A stretch of DNA of 64,000 nt from Patescibacteria group bacterium (GTDB lineage Bacteria; Patescibacteriota; Microgenomatia; UBA1400; PJMF01). The stretch spans positions 668,081-732,080 of the forward strand of contig BOKR01000001.1 of assembly GCA_016861085.1 (NCBI GenBank), written 5' to 3'. Shown here piece by piece: positions 38,225 through 48,288 of this stretch (position 1 is its first letter; each line of letters begins with the position of its first letter). Under the pieces are notes generated by a model, which made no database searches, was not told the origin of the DNA, and saw nothing but the letters and a program-made list of their open reading frames with translations. Made by a program: the position numbers and the translations under genes.

Positions 38225-38750
38225 GCTCTTTTTTTATGTCTTTGAACACATCATCAATATTTTGTTCACCATCAACAGCAACTAATTTGTCTTGCTGACG
38301 GTAATATTCAACCACTGGTTTGGTGTATTCGTGAAATGAATCAATTCTTTTTCTAATTGCATGCACAGTCTCGTCAGCTCTGTCTGAAACTCTTCCTGCA
38401 ATTCTCCAGAGTGCTTCTTTGTCTGAAACATCTAAGAAAACAACTTTATCAACACCGCCATTGAAAGCCTCAGCCTGAACGACCGTTCTTGGAAAACCAT
38501 CAAGAATATAGCCATTGGCATACTCTGGTTTCTCTAAATAAGTAAGAATGATTTCAAGTGTTTTGTCATCTGGGACTAATGCTCCAGAGTTGATTGTTTC
38601 TTTGAGCCACCTGCCCATTTGAGTCTTTTCTTTTGCCATTTCTCTAAAAATATGGCCAGATGATAAGTATGGAATGTTATATTCTTCAGAAAGAAAATTT
38701 CCCTGGGTTGATTTCCCTGCTCCCTGAATTCCAATTAAAACGAGTTTCAT
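38208..38750 (-). CDS. adk: Adenylate kinase (short form without a zinc lid)
   Basis: P-loop GIQGAGKSTQG. 180 aa. Confidence 0.85.
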   Translation of the reverse strand: MKLVLIGIQGAGKSTQGNFLSEEYNIPYLSSGHIFREMAKEKTQMGRWLKETINSGALVPDDKTLEIILTYLEKPEYANGYILDGFPRTVVQAEAFNGGVDKVVFLDVSDKEALWRIAGRVSDRADETVHAIRKRIDSFHEYTKPVVEYYRQQDKLVAVDGEQNIDDVFKDIKKELDKIR

Positions 38751-38781
38751 GATCGCTTTCTTCCACTTAGAGTGGATACCT

Positions 38782-40062
38782 TTATAAGAATCGGTCGTAA
38801 TTTTGTTCGACCAGCATACTTTCTACTTGTTTATAGGTCTCAAGAATAACCGAGACCACAATTAAAATACTTGTACCACTAATAGCCAGCTGTCCTATTC
38901 CCACAAAGATTTGTGCAAATGAAGGCAAGAGTGCAATAATTCCTAAAAATAATGCACCAGCTAAAGTTATACGTGATACAACAAATTCAAGATATTTTTT
39001 GGTGGCTGCTCCCGGTCTAACACCAGGAACAAATGCCCCACTTTTCTTTAACTCATCAGAGATGTCCCCTGCATTAAAAAAGATGAGAGCACTAAAGAAT
39101 GTAAAAAAGAAAACAATGAGAAAGTACAGTGTCATATATACTGGGGAAGTATCTGTAAACAGTACAGTTATAGTATTTCCCAGATCGATAAAGTTTGGTT
39201 TGCCAGAAGCAACCAATAATCTTGCAACAAACGATGGAGCAAGCATAATTGAAACAGCAAAAATGATTGGCATGACTCCAGCCACATTAACCTTTACTGG
39301 TAAGTGAGAAGTCTGACCTCCAACAATTTTGCTTCCTCTGGTTCTTTTGGCATATTGGATTGTAATTTTTCTTACAGCTTCATTCATGAATACAACTAAC
39401 CCAACAATAGCAAGAAAAACTGCAAAAAATGAAATGAGCACGAATGATTGGTCAGAACTGGAATTAATAATATCAAGAAATGACTTTGGTAATTGACTCA
39501 TGATACCTGCAAATAAAATCATTGAGATACCATTTCCGATACCTTTTTCAGTTACAAGTTCACCCAACCAAGTTACAATCATGGCTCCAGCAACAAGACT
39601 TAGGATCATAGCTATCAATGTGATTGGTGTAGTTACACCAATTAATCCTGAAGACTTCAGTAAAGCAAGAACAGAAATACTCTGTCCAACTGCTAAAGGC
39701 AATGACAAGTATCTAGTATATTGATTCAACTTCTCCCTGCCAGCTTCACCCTCTTTTTGCATTTCTTTTATTTTTGGAAACACCATGCCAGACAATTGCA
39801 TCACAATTGAGGCTGTAATATATGGGTTAATACCAACAGCCAGGACTGAGAAATTTGATAAGGTACCGCCAGAAAAAACGTTAAGCAAACTTAAAAACTG
39901 ATTTGATGCAAATAAAGTCCTTAATTGAGTAACATCAACTGTTGGAACAGGAATGTGGGCAAAGAATCTAAATATGAGAAGTATAGCTGCGGTAAAAAGG
40001 AGCTTGTTTCTTAACTCTGTATTTGAATTAATTCTTTTCAAAAAGGCAGTTATTTTTTGCAC
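38782..40062 (-). CDS. secY: Preprotein translocase subunit SecY
   Basis: 426 aa, 10 TM, conserved SecY segments ([14 protein letters not shown]…). Confidence 0.9.
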   Translation of the reverse strand: MQKITAFLKRINSNTELRNKLLFTAAILLIFRFFAHIPVPTVDVTQLRTLFASNQFLSLLNVFSGGTLSNFSVLAVGINPYITASIVMQLSGMVFPKIKEMQKEGEAGREKLNQYTRYLSLPLAVGQSISVLALLKSSGLIGVTTPITLIAMILSLVAGAMIVTWLGELVTEKGIGNGISMILFAGIMSQLPKSFLDIINSSSDQSFVLISFFAVFLAIVGLVVFMNEAVRKITIQYAKRTRGSKIVGGQTSHLPVKVNVAGVMPIIFAVSIMLAPSFVARLLVASGKPNFIDLGNTITVLFTDTSPVYMTLYFLIVFFFTFFSALIFFNAGDISDELKKSGAFVPGVRPGAATKKYLEFVVSRITLAGALFLGIIALLPSFAQIFVGIGQLAISGTSILIVVSVILETYKQVESMLVEQNYDRFL

Positions 40063-40130
40063 AGCCTATTTTTCTCCCCGTATTACCTTAAACAGCAAAG
40101 CACCCGTCAACGATACCAGATTTTATGCAA

Positions 40131-40568
40131 TTACGCAACCGTACCACCAGCAGCAACAATAGCTTCTGCTGCGGTCTTGGTAACCTTGACACCTTGAACA
40201 GTAACTTTTCTACTTAACTTGCCAGAAGCAACAATTTTTGCTTTAGCAAATTTTGAACCGATTACTTTTTCTAATTTGAGTGTATCTAGTGTGATTGTAT
40301 CAGCTTTCATTGCTTCTACTTCAGAGAGTGTAACCTCTGCAGTTGGTCGAACAACATTGAGTCTGTGCTTACCACGAAGCATAGGAAGACGTTTAATCAA
40401 CGGCAGTTGACCACCTTCAAACCACAATGGAATTTTGGCACCTTGTCTAGCTTTTTGACCTTTTTGACCTCTAGTAGAAGTGTGACCACCTTTACCTGAG
40501 CCAATACCTCTGCCAAGTCTCTTTGCTGATTTAGTAGTAGTGCTAGTAAGTTTGTTAAGTAATGACAT
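40131..40568 (-). CDS. rplO: 50S ribosomal protein L15
   Basis: Gly/Arg-rich N-terminus RLGRGIGSGKGGHTSTRGQKG…. Confidence 0.9.
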   Translation of the reverse strand: MSLLNKLTSTTTKSAKRLGRGIGSGKGGHTSTRGQKGQKARQGAKIPLWFEGGQLPLIKRLPMLRGKHRLNVVRPTAEVTLSEVEAMKADTITLDTLKLEKVIGSKFAKAKIVASGKLSRKVTVQGVKVTKTAAEAIVAAGGTVA

Positions 40569-40570
40569 GA

Positions 40571-41191
40571 TTATTTTTTCTCTTCAGTTTTCTTTTTTGC
40601 TGGAGCTTTCTTAACTGGTGCCTTTTTAACTGGAGCACCTGTTACTGCTTTTGCTTTTTCTTGCAATTCTTTGAGTTTTGCAGCTTCTTCTGCTTCTACT
40701 TCAGCAATAGACTTTAATTTAATACCCTTGAGTTCTACAATTTTTTGAATTTGTGTCAGTGCCTCAAATGTAGCATATACACTTGATGCTTGGTTTTCCG
40801 AACCTAAAATCTTACTAGAAACGTCTCTGATACCTGCTGCTTCAACAACAGCTCTAACTGGTCCTCCGGCTATAACACCAGAACCTTTTGGAGCTGGCTT
40901 AAGCAAAACTCTTCCTGCACCCTTTTTAACTTCAATTGAAAAAGGAACAGTTGTACCATCGAGTGGCACGGTGATCATACGTTTTTTGGCTTTTTTAATA
41001 CCTTTTTTGATCGCACCCAGAACATCTGTTGCCTTACCAAGTCCAACACCAACCTTACCTTTTTTGTCACCAACAACCATTAAAACTGAGAAACCAACTT
41101 TGTTTCCACCTTTAGTTTTCTTTGAAACACGAGAGATTTGAATAACTTTCTCTTCGAATTCTTTTGGCTCATTTGTATGATTCATGTTCAT
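40571..41191 (-). CDS. rpsE: 30S ribosomal protein S5 with a Lys/Ala-rich C-terminal tail. No rpmD (L30) gene follows it.
   Basis: S5 dsRBD-like and C-terminal domains. Tail APVKKAPVKKAPAKKKTEEKK. The stop abuts the rplO start. Confidence 0.9.
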   Translation of the reverse strand: MNMNHTNEPKEFEEKVIQISRVSKKTKGGNKVGFSVLMVVGDKKGKVGVGLGKATDVLGAIKKGIKKAKKRMITVPLDGTTVPFSIEVKKGAGRVLLKPAPKGSGVIAGGPVRAVVEAAGIRDVSSKILGSENQASSVYATFEALTQIQKIVELKGIKLKSIAEVEAEEAAKLKELQEKAKAVTGAPVKKAPVKKAPAKKKTEEKK

Positions 41192-41196
41192 GTGTG

Positions 41197-41568
41197 TTAT
41201 ACCTCTATTCCACCATCGCGCAATACTTGTGCGACAGCTCTTACTCTACCGTGATATTTATATTGTCCTCTATCAAATACTACAGCTGTAACTTTTGCCT
41301 TTTTGAGTGACTCAAGTAGTAATTCTGTAGCTTTAATAGCTGCTGCAGTTTTTGTTACAGCATCACCTTTTTTTACAGCTTTTCTAACTTTGACGTCATT
41401 AGCGCTTGCAACTGTGATCCCTGTATCATCATTAATTGCCTGTAGGTACACATATTTGTTTGATTTGTGTACGGTTAAACGAGGACGAGCAGCAGTTCCA
41501 TGTAATTTTGCACGAACTCTGCGTTTGCGCTTTTCTGCGACTGATAAGTTGTGATTAATGTTTGTCAT
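41197..41568 (-). CDS. rplR: 50S ribosomal protein L18
   Basis: …RPRLTVHKSNKYVYLQ…, 123 aa. Confidence 0.9.
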   Translation of the reverse strand: MTNINHNLSVAEKRKRRVRAKLHGTAARPRLTVHKSNKYVYLQAINDDTGITVASANDVKVRKAVKKGDAVTKTAAAIKATELLLESLKKAKVTAVVFDRGQYKYHGRVRAVAQVLRDGGIEV

Positions 41569-42104
41569 TACGCAGCAGCCTTTCCTTGTTTTCTTCTAAC
41601 CTCTTCATCTTCATAGCGAATCCCTTTACCCTTGTAAGGCTCTGGTGGTCTGATTTTCCTGATATTAGCAGCAACTTGACCAACTGCTTGTCTATCAATA
41701 CCTTCAATATGAATTGTGTCAGTACCTTCAACTTTCAAAGTAACTCCAGGGAGTGGAGCAAAATCAACGGGGTGTGAATATCCAACTGCGAGTTGAATTC
41801 CAGCTCCTTGTGCTTTTGCTCTATATCCAGTTCCAATCAACTTCAAAGTTTTTTTGAAACCAGTTGAAACACCAGCAACAGCATTATTGATTAAACTTCT
41901 CACCAATCCATGATATGCCTTGGTCTGTTTTTCATCATTAGATCTAGTAACAGAAACTAAACCTTCAGCAACTGTAACAGTGATTCCTGGTAATGTTTCT
42001 ACAGTTAATTGGCCTTTTGGACCGTTAACTGCAACAGTAGAACCACTCACTGTGATCGTAACGCCTTGTGGAACACTAATTGCTTTTAATCCGATTCTTG
42101 ACAT
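41568..42104 (-). CDS. rplF: 50S ribosomal protein L6
   Basis: MSRIGLKAISVPQGVTITV…, two L6 repeats. Confidence 0.9.
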   Translation of the reverse strand: MSRIGLKAISVPQGVTITVSGSTVAVNGPKGQLTVETLPGITVTVAEGLVSVTRSNDEKQTKAYHGLVRSLINNAVAGVSTGFKKTLKLIGTGYRAKAQGAGIQLAVGYSHPVDFAPLPGVTLKVEGTDTIHIEGIDRQAVGQVAANIRKIRPPEPYKGKGIRYEDEEVRRKQGKAAA

Positions 42105-42117
42105 ACTCTATATACCT

Positions 42118-42510
42118 TTACCAAATTTGGCAGAGAAGTTCTCCCCCAATGTTTTCTTTTCTAGCTTTTTTATCAGTCATAACTCCCTTACTGGTTGAAA
42201 TGATAGTAATACCATATCCACCTAACGCTCTTGGAAGTTGTTTTGCAGGTGCGTATAATCTTCTACCTGGCTTTGACAAACGTTTTACTTCATTAATAGC
42301 TGGCAGTCTACCAATATATTTTAAGGTTAAGACCAAAGTATTGAATGGAGTACCTTCTTTAACAACAGCAGCAGAAATGTATCCCTCCTCTACTAAAATG
42401 TCTGCGAGAGATTTCTTAATTTTTGAAAAAGGAACTTCTACAGTGGCATGTCTTGCCATGTGTGCGTTCTTTATTCTGATGATGATGTCTGCGATTGGAT
42501 CTGTAGTCAT
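42118..42510 (-). CDS. rpsH: 30S ribosomal protein S8
   Basis: MTTDPIADIIIRIKNA…, 130 aa. Confidence 0.9.
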   Translation of the reverse strand: MTTDPIADIIIRIKNAHMARHATVEVPFSKIKKSLADILVEEGYISAAVVKEGTPFNTLVLTLKYIGRLPAINEVKRLSKPGRRLYAPAKQLPRALGGYGITIISTSKGVMTDKKARKENIGGELLCQIW

Positions 42511-42529
42511 ATCTATTTTTTTAACCTTA

Positions 42530-42760
42530 TTATTTGCTGGATTTCACTACGCCTGGTAGTTCACCCTTTAACGCTAATTCTCTAAATGTCAGTCTGCTTA
42601 AACCAAAAAATCTCATATAACTTCTTGGACGACCAGTTATTTTACAACGATTTACTCCTCTAGTCGAGAACTTATTCACTTTCTTTTCTCCAGAAAGTTC
42701 ATATGCTGATCTCTTTGCGAGTAACCTTAAGTCTTTAGCGATTTTTGATTTTTTAGCCAT
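42530..42760 (-). CDS. rpsN: 30S ribosomal protein S14 (76 aa, short form with a single Cys)
   Basis: …[34 protein letters not shown]…. Confidence 0.85.
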   Translation of the reverse strand: MAKKSKIAKDLRLLAKRSAYELSGEKKVNKFSTRGVNRCKITGRPRSYMRFFGLSRLTFRELALKGELPGVVKSSK

Positions 42761-42763
42761 GGA

Positions 42764-43318
42764 TTATTTTTCCTCTTTTTCAAACGGCATACCAAGTAAT
42801 TCTAACAATTTATAAGCATGCTCGTCTTTTTTTGCTGTAGTTACAAATACTGCTTGTAAACTTCTAATACTCTCGATTTTATCGTAGTTAATTTCAGGGA
42901 AGATAATCTGCTCTTCAATTCCCATTGAGTAGTTACCTCTTCCGTCAAATGCAACTCTAGAAACACCTCTGAAATCCTTCACACGAGGGAGCGCGACTGC
43001 AATTAGTTTCTCTAAAAATCCCCACATGCGTTTACCTCTTAAAGTTACCTTCACGCCAAGTGGATCACCAGCTCTTAGTTTAAACCCTGCAATTGACTTT
43101 CTTGCCGTTGTAACCATTGGTTTTTGACCAGAGATCGCCTCAAACTGTTCAACGATGTTCATAATAACTTGTTTTCTCTGTCTTGGATCTTGAGGATCGG
43201 CAACACCAATGTTTAGAATAATTTTTTGTAGTTTTGGAACTTCAAAAACATTATCAAGTTTTAATTCATCTTTGAGTTGCTGAGCAACTGTCTTGTTGTA
43301 GTAGTCTCTTAATTGCAT
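42764..43318 (-). CDS. rplE: 50S ribosomal protein L5
   Basis: 184 aa, L5 core pattern. Confidence 0.9.
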   Translation of the reverse strand: MQLRDYYNKTVAQQLKDELKLDNVFEVPKLQKIILNIGVADPQDPRQRKQVIMNIVEQFEAISGQKPMVTTARKSIAGFKLRAGDPLGVKVTLRGKRMWGFLEKLIAVALPRVKDFRGVSRVAFDGRGNYSMGIEEQIIFPEINYDKIESIRSLQAVFVTTAKKDEHAYKLLELLGMPFEKEEK

Positions 43319-43323
43319 GTCTT

Positions 43324-43650
43324 TTATTTCTTACTCTCTTTTTTCTCTGTAATAACAGTTCCAGTTTTCTTAAAAACTCTAACTTTTGAACCATCTTTGG
43401 CGACTTGGTACCCAATTCTATCTGGTTGATTTTTCTCGTTTAAAATTGCAACTTTAGCAGTTGCCAAATATCTTTCAACGAGGACTTTATCTCCAGCTCT
43501 TCCTGCAACTGGTTTAATGTGTTTTACATACTTGTTAACACCTTCAACCACTACACGCTCTAATTTAGGATCAACTTTAACGACTGTACCGGTCTTACCT
43601 TTATCTTTGCCTGTTGTTACGAGTACTTTGTCTCCTACTTTTAATTTCAT
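43324..43650 (-). CDS. rplX: 50S ribosomal protein L24
   Basis: KOW motif MKLKVGDKVLVTTGKDKGKTGTV. Confidence 0.9.
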   Translation of the reverse strand: MKLKVGDKVLVTTGKDKGKTGTVVKVDPKLERVVVEGVNKYVKHIKPVAGRAGDKVLVERYLATAKVAILNEKNQPDRIGYQVAKDGSKVRVFKKTGTVITEKKESKK

Positions 43651-43657
43651 ATCTTCC

Positions 43658-44032
43658 TTATAAAACCTCTGGTGCTAAACTTGCAATTTTGTTAAACAAT
43701 TTATTTTTAACTTCTCTTGCAACTGGACCAAACACACGTGTTCCCACAGGGTTTGCGTCTTTTCTTGATGTAATAATAACTGCTGCGTTATCATCAAATC
43801 TGATGTATTCACCAGAAGCTCTTCTGACTTCTTTTTTGGTTCTAACAATAACTGCTTTAACTTTTTCACCTTTTTTAACTGTACCAGCGGTGTCTGCTTG
43901 AATCACAGAAGCTGCAACAATATCACCAACGGTACCAAATTTCTTAAATGAACCACCATGGACTTGAATGACTCTGAGTTTCTTTGCTCCTGAGTTGTCA
44001 GCAACGTTCAGGACTGTACGTAATTGGATCAT
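43658..44032 (-). CDS. rplN: 50S ribosomal protein L14
   Basis: [24 protein letters not shown]…. Confidence 0.9.
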   Translation of the reverse strand: MIQLRTVLNVADNSGAKKLRVIQVHGGSFKKFGTVGDIVAASVIQADTAGTVKKGEKVKAVIVRTKKEVRRASGEYIRFDDNAAVIITSRKDANPVGTRVFGPVAREVKNKLFNKIASLAPEVL

Positions 44033-44271
44033 TATTTGGTTTCCTCTACTTTGCTCACTACTCTAAATTTCTTGGTTTTACTGATTGGAGTTGTTTCTAC
44101 AATCATGACTTCATCACCAACCTGCAATTCAATACCCTCTACATGACATGCATAGTTTTTTGTTCTTTTTACAGATTTTTTATAAACTGGGTGTTGCCAC
44201 AAACGAGCAACACTTACTTTTGCTGTCTTATCAGTTTTAAGTGAGATAACTGTTCCTTGAATTGCTTTCAT
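44032..44271 (-). CDS. rpsQ: 30S ribosomal protein S17
   Basis: 79 aa OB-fold, …[21 protein letters not shown]…. Confidence 0.9.
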   Translation of the reverse strand: MKAIQGTVISLKTDKTAKVSVARLWQHPVYKKSVKRTKNYACHVEGIELQVGDEVMIVETTPISKTKKFRVVSKVEETK

Positions 44272-44283
44272 AGTTTCGTTCTT

Positions 44284-44493
44284 TTATTCAGCTTTTTCAG
44301 CTTTTTTCTTCATGCTTAGTACTGTCTTAACTCGAGCAACGTCATCTGATAGTAAAGCAGTGTGGGTATTTTTTAGTTTACCAGCAGCTTTTTTCATTCT
44401 TGCTTGAGCCAACTCAACTAACAAATCTTTGAGTTGCTTTTCCAACTCTACGATTGTTTTGTTGTGTAATGCTGTAATATCGTTCTTTTTCAT
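44284..44493 (-). CDS. rpmC: 50S ribosomal protein L29
   Basis: 69 aa helical protein in the canonical position. Confidence 0.85.
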   Translation of the reverse strand: MKKNDITALHNKTIVELEKQLKDLLVELAQARMKKAAGKLKNTHTALLSDDVARVKTVLSMKKKAEKAE

Positions 44494-44495
44494 AC

Positions 44496-44900
44496 TTATT
44501 TCTTAATCAATGTCGTCTTAACTGATAATTTGTGACCTGCTTTTACAAAAGCTGTTTTTGCCACATCTTCGGTAACACCACCAAGCTCGAATAATACTTG
44601 TCCTGGTCTCACCACTGCCACATATTCTTCTATAGCACCTTTACCAGAACCCATTTTGACACCAACTGGCTTTTTAGTAACTGGTTTGTGTGGAAACACT
44701 TTGATCCAGTACTTACCAGCTCTTTTAGTCATAAAGGTAATTTTTTTACGAGCAGCTTCAATTTGTCGAGCAGAGACAAATCCTCTAGTAACTGCCTGCA
44801 AACCATACTCACCAAAAGTAACTGTGTTACCTCTTTGTGCGGTTCCACGCATCTTTCCTCTAAATGCTTTGCGGTATTTTGACTTCTTAGGTTGCAACAT
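44496..44900 (-). CDS. rplP: 50S ribosomal protein L16
   Basis: MLQPKKSKYRKAFRGKMRG…. Confidence 0.9.
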   Translation of the reverse strand: MLQPKKSKYRKAFRGKMRGTAQRGNTVTFGEYGLQAVTRGFVSARQIEAARKKITFMTKRAGKYWIKVFPHKPVTKKPVGVKMGSGKGAIEEYVAVVRPGQVLFELGGVTEDVAKTAFVKAGHKLSVKTTLIKK

Positions 44901-44901
44901 A

Positions 44902-45552
44902 TTAGATTATTTCGCCTTTATAAATCCATACTTTAATGCCAACATATCCTGATCTGGTGTTTGCTGGAACTTGATGGTAGTCAATGTTTGCTCTCAAAGT
45001 TTGTGTTGGGACACTTCCTTCAAAATATTTCTCACTTCTACCAATTTCAGCACCACCAATTCTTCCGGTAAGTTGAATTTTAATCCCTTTTGCACCAGCC
45101 TGCATTGTTTTCTCAAGAGCTTGAGTAACTGCACGTCTGTGTGGAAATCTTTTGATCAGTTGACCAACGATTTTTTCTGCGACTAATTTTGCACTCAAAT
45201 CTGGTTTTTTTACTTCTTCAACTCTTAAATCAATCTTTACTTTATCTTTCTTTGCTTTTGAAATATTGAGAATTCTCTCTATTTCACCTTTGACAACTTC
45301 TAAGTTAGTTCCGCCTTTGCCGATAACAACACCTGGTCTAGAAACATAGAGAATCACTTTGATTGCGGTTAAAGATCTCTCAATGTCAACTTTAACCAAC
45401 CCAGCACTAGCAAGCTTATCTGATAAGAATTTTCTGACTTTATAGTCCTCAAGAACTAAATCGGAATAATTGCTTGGATCAGAATACCATCGGGAACCCC
45501 ACGTAAAGGTGGTGCCGATTCTGTAGCCAGTTGGATTAACTTTTTGTCCCAT
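44902..45552 (-). CDS. rpsC: 30S ribosomal protein S3
   Basis: MGQKVNPTGYRIG…, KH domain. Confidence 0.9.
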   Translation of the reverse strand: MGQKVNPTGYRIGTTFTWGSRWYSDPSNYSDLVLEDYKVRKFLSDKLASAGLVKVDIERSLTAIKVILYVSRPGVVIGKGGTNLEVVKGEIERILNISKAKKDKVKIDLRVEEVKKPDLSAKLVAEKIVGQLIKRFPHRRAVTQALEKTMQAGAKGIKIQLTGRIGGAEIGRSEKYFEGSVPTQTLRANIDYHQVPANTRSGYVGIKVWIYKGEII

Positions 45553-45623
45553 ATTTCTTTTCTGTATTTTTTAACACAAGATGTGTATTATACTACTTTC
45601 TTTACTTATTTTCTTGACCAAAT

Positions 45624-46133
45624 TTATTTTTCACCTGTTCTTCTGACCCCTCTTGTGACTGATTTTTGAGCCACTGCTTTTGTAGGAGCAACTTTTTTCA
45701 CTTTTGGAGCAACAACTTTTGGTTTTTCTGTAACTGTTGTTGGTTCAACTTCTTTTACTTCAGTAGCTACTTTCGTTTCTTTCTTCACAGCCTTTGGAGC
45801 GCTGCCAGCTTCAAGTTCTACCATAATGTGGCAGGTTCTCTTAAAAATTGTGTGTGCTCTTCCTCTACTCACAGCTCTAAACCTCTTATATGTAGGGCCT
45901 GGAGTAACTGTAATATTTTTAAGTGTGAGCTCATTCATGCTGTAGCCATGATTGTGCATAGCATTTGCAATAGCTTGTCTAACAACTTTCAAAACGGTCA
46001 AACTAGCTCTTTTTTGCATCACCCCAAGCTGCTTGATTGCATCAACCAGAGGAAGTTTCCTAACTTGGTTAGCAACGAGTCTCACTTTAAGTGCTGTTTG
46101 TCTAGTATTTTTTTGTGTTGCAGTAATTATCAT
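45624..46133 (-). CDS. rplV: 50S ribosomal protein L22 with an approx. 55-aa Lys/Val/Thr-rich C-terminal tail
   Basis: L22 core followed by …KVVAPKVKKVAPTKAVAQK…. Confidence 0.9.
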   Translation of the reverse strand: MIITATQKNTRQTALKVRLVANQVRKLPLVDAIKQLGVMQKRASLTVLKVVRQAIANAMHNHGYSMNELTLKNITVTPGPTYKRFRAVSRGRAHTIFKRTCHIMVELEAGSAPKAVKKETKVATEVKEVEPTTVTEKPKVVAPKVKKVAPTKAVAQKSVTRGVRRTGEK

Positions 46134-46155
46134 TTTAATTTTCTTTCAATTGCCT

Positions 46156-46440
46156 TTAGGTCTTAGCCAAGACACGTTTCACAACTTTACCGTGGCCTCT
46201 AAAGGTTCGGGTTGGAGCAAATTCACCAAGTTTGTGACCTACCATAGCCTCATTTACAAAAACTTCAACAAAGTTCTTGCCCTGATGCACTAAGAAGGTA
46301 TGACCAACAAAGTCTGGAGAGACAACGCACTCTCTGCTCCATGTTTTAATTCCAGCTTTATCTCCACTATTCTTCTGAGCCAATACTTTTTTGAGAAGTT
46401 TTGGATCAATGAATGGTCCTTTTTTACTTGATCTTGACAT
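46156..46440 (-). CDS. rpsS: 30S ribosomal protein S19
   Basis: [12 protein letters not shown]…[16 protein letters not shown]. Confidence 0.9.
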   Translation of the reverse strand: MSRSSKKGPFIDPKLLKKVLAQKNSGDKAGIKTWSRECVVSPDFVGHTFLVHQGKNFVEVFVNEAMVGHKLGEFAPTRTFRGHGKVVKRVLAKT

Positions 46441-46452
46441 ACTGTATTCCTC

Positions 46453-47286
46453 TTATTTAACTCTTCTATCTCTAACAATCCATTTATTAGTTCTGTGGCG
46501 TTTAACTCTAGTCTTTGTACCAAGAGCATGTTTACCCCATGGTGTTTTTGGATATTTCATACCAACACCAGATCTGCCTTCACCACCACCATGTGGATGT
46601 GAATCTGGATGCTGAGCAGTACCACGGTTTGTTGGTCGTACACCCATTAATCGTTTTGTACCAGCTTTACCAATTTTTCTATTTTTCCATTCTGAATTAC
46701 CGACTTGACCAATTGTTGCAAAACAATCAGCATTAATGAGTCTTAATTCTTTTGAAGGCAGTTGAATTGTAACGTACTTACCCTCTTTTGCTTGAATCAT
46801 AGCTCCAACACCAGCACTTTTAACTAATTGGGCACCTTTGCCAGCTCTTAGTTCAATATTATGAATAAATAATCCGACTGGAATATTCTTGAGTGGCAGA
46901 GCGTTACCTGGTTTAGCTTCAATTGATTCTCCAGCTAAAACTTTTTCTCCAACTTCCAAACCTTGTGGAGCAAGAATGTATGCTTTTTCACCATCAGCGT
47001 ATTGTAAGAGCGCAAGATTAGCACTTCTCATTGGATCATACTCAAATCGAACTACTGTTGCTGGAATATCACGTTTGGTTCTCTTCCAATCAATAACACG
47101 CATTCTCTTCTTTACACCACCACCTCTGTGTCTTACAGTGACACGACCCATGAAACCACGGCCTTGTCTCTTTTTGTGACCAGAAACTAAAAGTGACTTT
47201 TCAGGCTCACCCTTGTGTAGATCAGAACGATCAATTGTAACTAAGTGTCTTCTTCCGTTGGTAGTTGGTTTATGTGTTCTTAACAT
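46453..47286 (-). CDS. rplB: 50S ribosomal protein L2
   Basis: 277 aa, …GRNxxG…HRGGG…, C-terminus KTRVKRHRTNK. Confidence 0.9.
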   Translation of the reverse strand: MLRTHKPTTNGRRHLVTIDRSDLHKGEPEKSLLVSGHKKRQGRGFMGRVTVRHRGGGVKKRMRVIDWKRTKRDIPATVVRFEYDPMRSANLALLQYADGEKAYILAPQGLEVGEKVLAGESIEAKPGNALPLKNIPVGLFIHNIELRAGKGAQLVKSAGVGAMIQAKEGKYVTIQLPSKELRLINADCFATIGQVGNSEWKNRKIGKAGTKRLMGVRPTNRGTAQHPDSHPHGGGEGRSGVGMKYPKTPWGKHALGTKTRVKRHRTNKWIVRDRRVK

Positions 47287-47306
47287 GGTCTTCTCTAACT
47301 CTTTCG

Positions 47307-47606
47307 TTATTGTTGTTCTGAGATATCAAACAAATCAATTGCGTGACCCTCTTTTAAGGTGACAAAAGCTTTTTTTGTCTTACCTGTTGTAACTGCTAAT
47401 CTTCTTTTACCAGTTTTTTTGTTTCCTTTTTGATTGACAACTGTCCTGATAGATGCGACTTCAACAGAAAAAAGATTTTCAATAGCTTCTTTTACTTGTC
47501 TCTTGTTTGCAGTCATTTGAACGGCAAAAGTATAGGTGTTGTCACCATTGGCAAGTCTTAAAGACTTTTCTGTAATAACTGGTTTTATAACAATGTAAGG
47601 ATTCAT
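47307..47606 (-). CDS. rplW: 50S ribosomal protein L23
   Basis: 99 aa, canonical position, …ITEKSLRLA…. Confidence 0.85.
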   Translation of the reverse strand: MNPYIVIKPVITEKSLRLANGDNTYTFAVQMTANKRQVKEAIENLFSVEVASIRTVVNQKGNKKTGKRRLAVTTGKTKKAFVTLKEGHAIDLFDISEQQ

Positions 47607-47613
47607 AACTATT

Positions 47614-48285
47614 TTATTCTGCTTCTTTTGCTACTTCTGCCTTCGCAACAACGTCTTTTTGATTTTTCACAGCTAGTCTTGCTTCAATATTCTTTAATGC
47701 TGCTTTAGTCATAATGATTGATTCTACACTTGCAACATCTAATGCATTTACTAATGAATCTTGCATAACTATGACCTCTGGAATGTTATTAAATGCTCTC
47801 AAAATATCTTTTGAGCCTTCATCTAAAACGAGCAATACTTTCTTTCCTGTAACATTAATTGTATTTAATAACTTAGCTGCATTTTTGGTCTTACCTTCAA
47901 TCTCAGAGAGGTTGTCAGTAACAACAATGTTCTCTGCTTGTGCACTCAAGGCTGAGATAAGGGCTTTTCTTTTCATCACTTTTGAAAGTGAAAGGTCCCA
48001 ATTTTCGATACCTTTTGGACCATGTGCAACACCACCTCCAACAAAAATTGGAGCAGATTTTGCACCGTGACGTGCATTACCAGTTCCCTTCTGTTTCCAG
48101 ATTTTTCTTCTTGAGCCAGTGACTTCACTACGAGTTTTCACTCTGCTTGTACCTTGTCTCAAATTTGAGAGGTACACTCTGATTGCTTGACTTAACAATT
48201 CTTTGTTAATAGCTGCACCAAAGACTTCATCACTGACTGTGACTGTAGAAAATTTGTTGCTTGCGGTAATACTTGTAACTTTCAT
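47614..48285 (-). CDS. rplD: 50S ribosomal protein L4
   Basis: 223 aa, …KQKGTGNARHGAKSAPIFVGGGVAHGPK…. Confidence 0.9.
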   Translation of the reverse strand: MKVTSITASNKFSTVTVSDEVFGAAINKELLSQAIRVYLSNLRQGTSRVKTRSEVTGSRRKIWKQKGTGNARHGAKSAPIFVGGGVAHGPKGIENWDLSLSKVMKRKALISALSAQAENIVVTDNLSEIEGKTKNAAKLLNTINVTGKKVLLVLDEGSKDILRAFNNIPEVIVMQDSLVNALDVASVESIIMTKAALKNIEARLAVKNQKDVVAKAEVAKEAE

Positions 48286-48288
48286 GTC

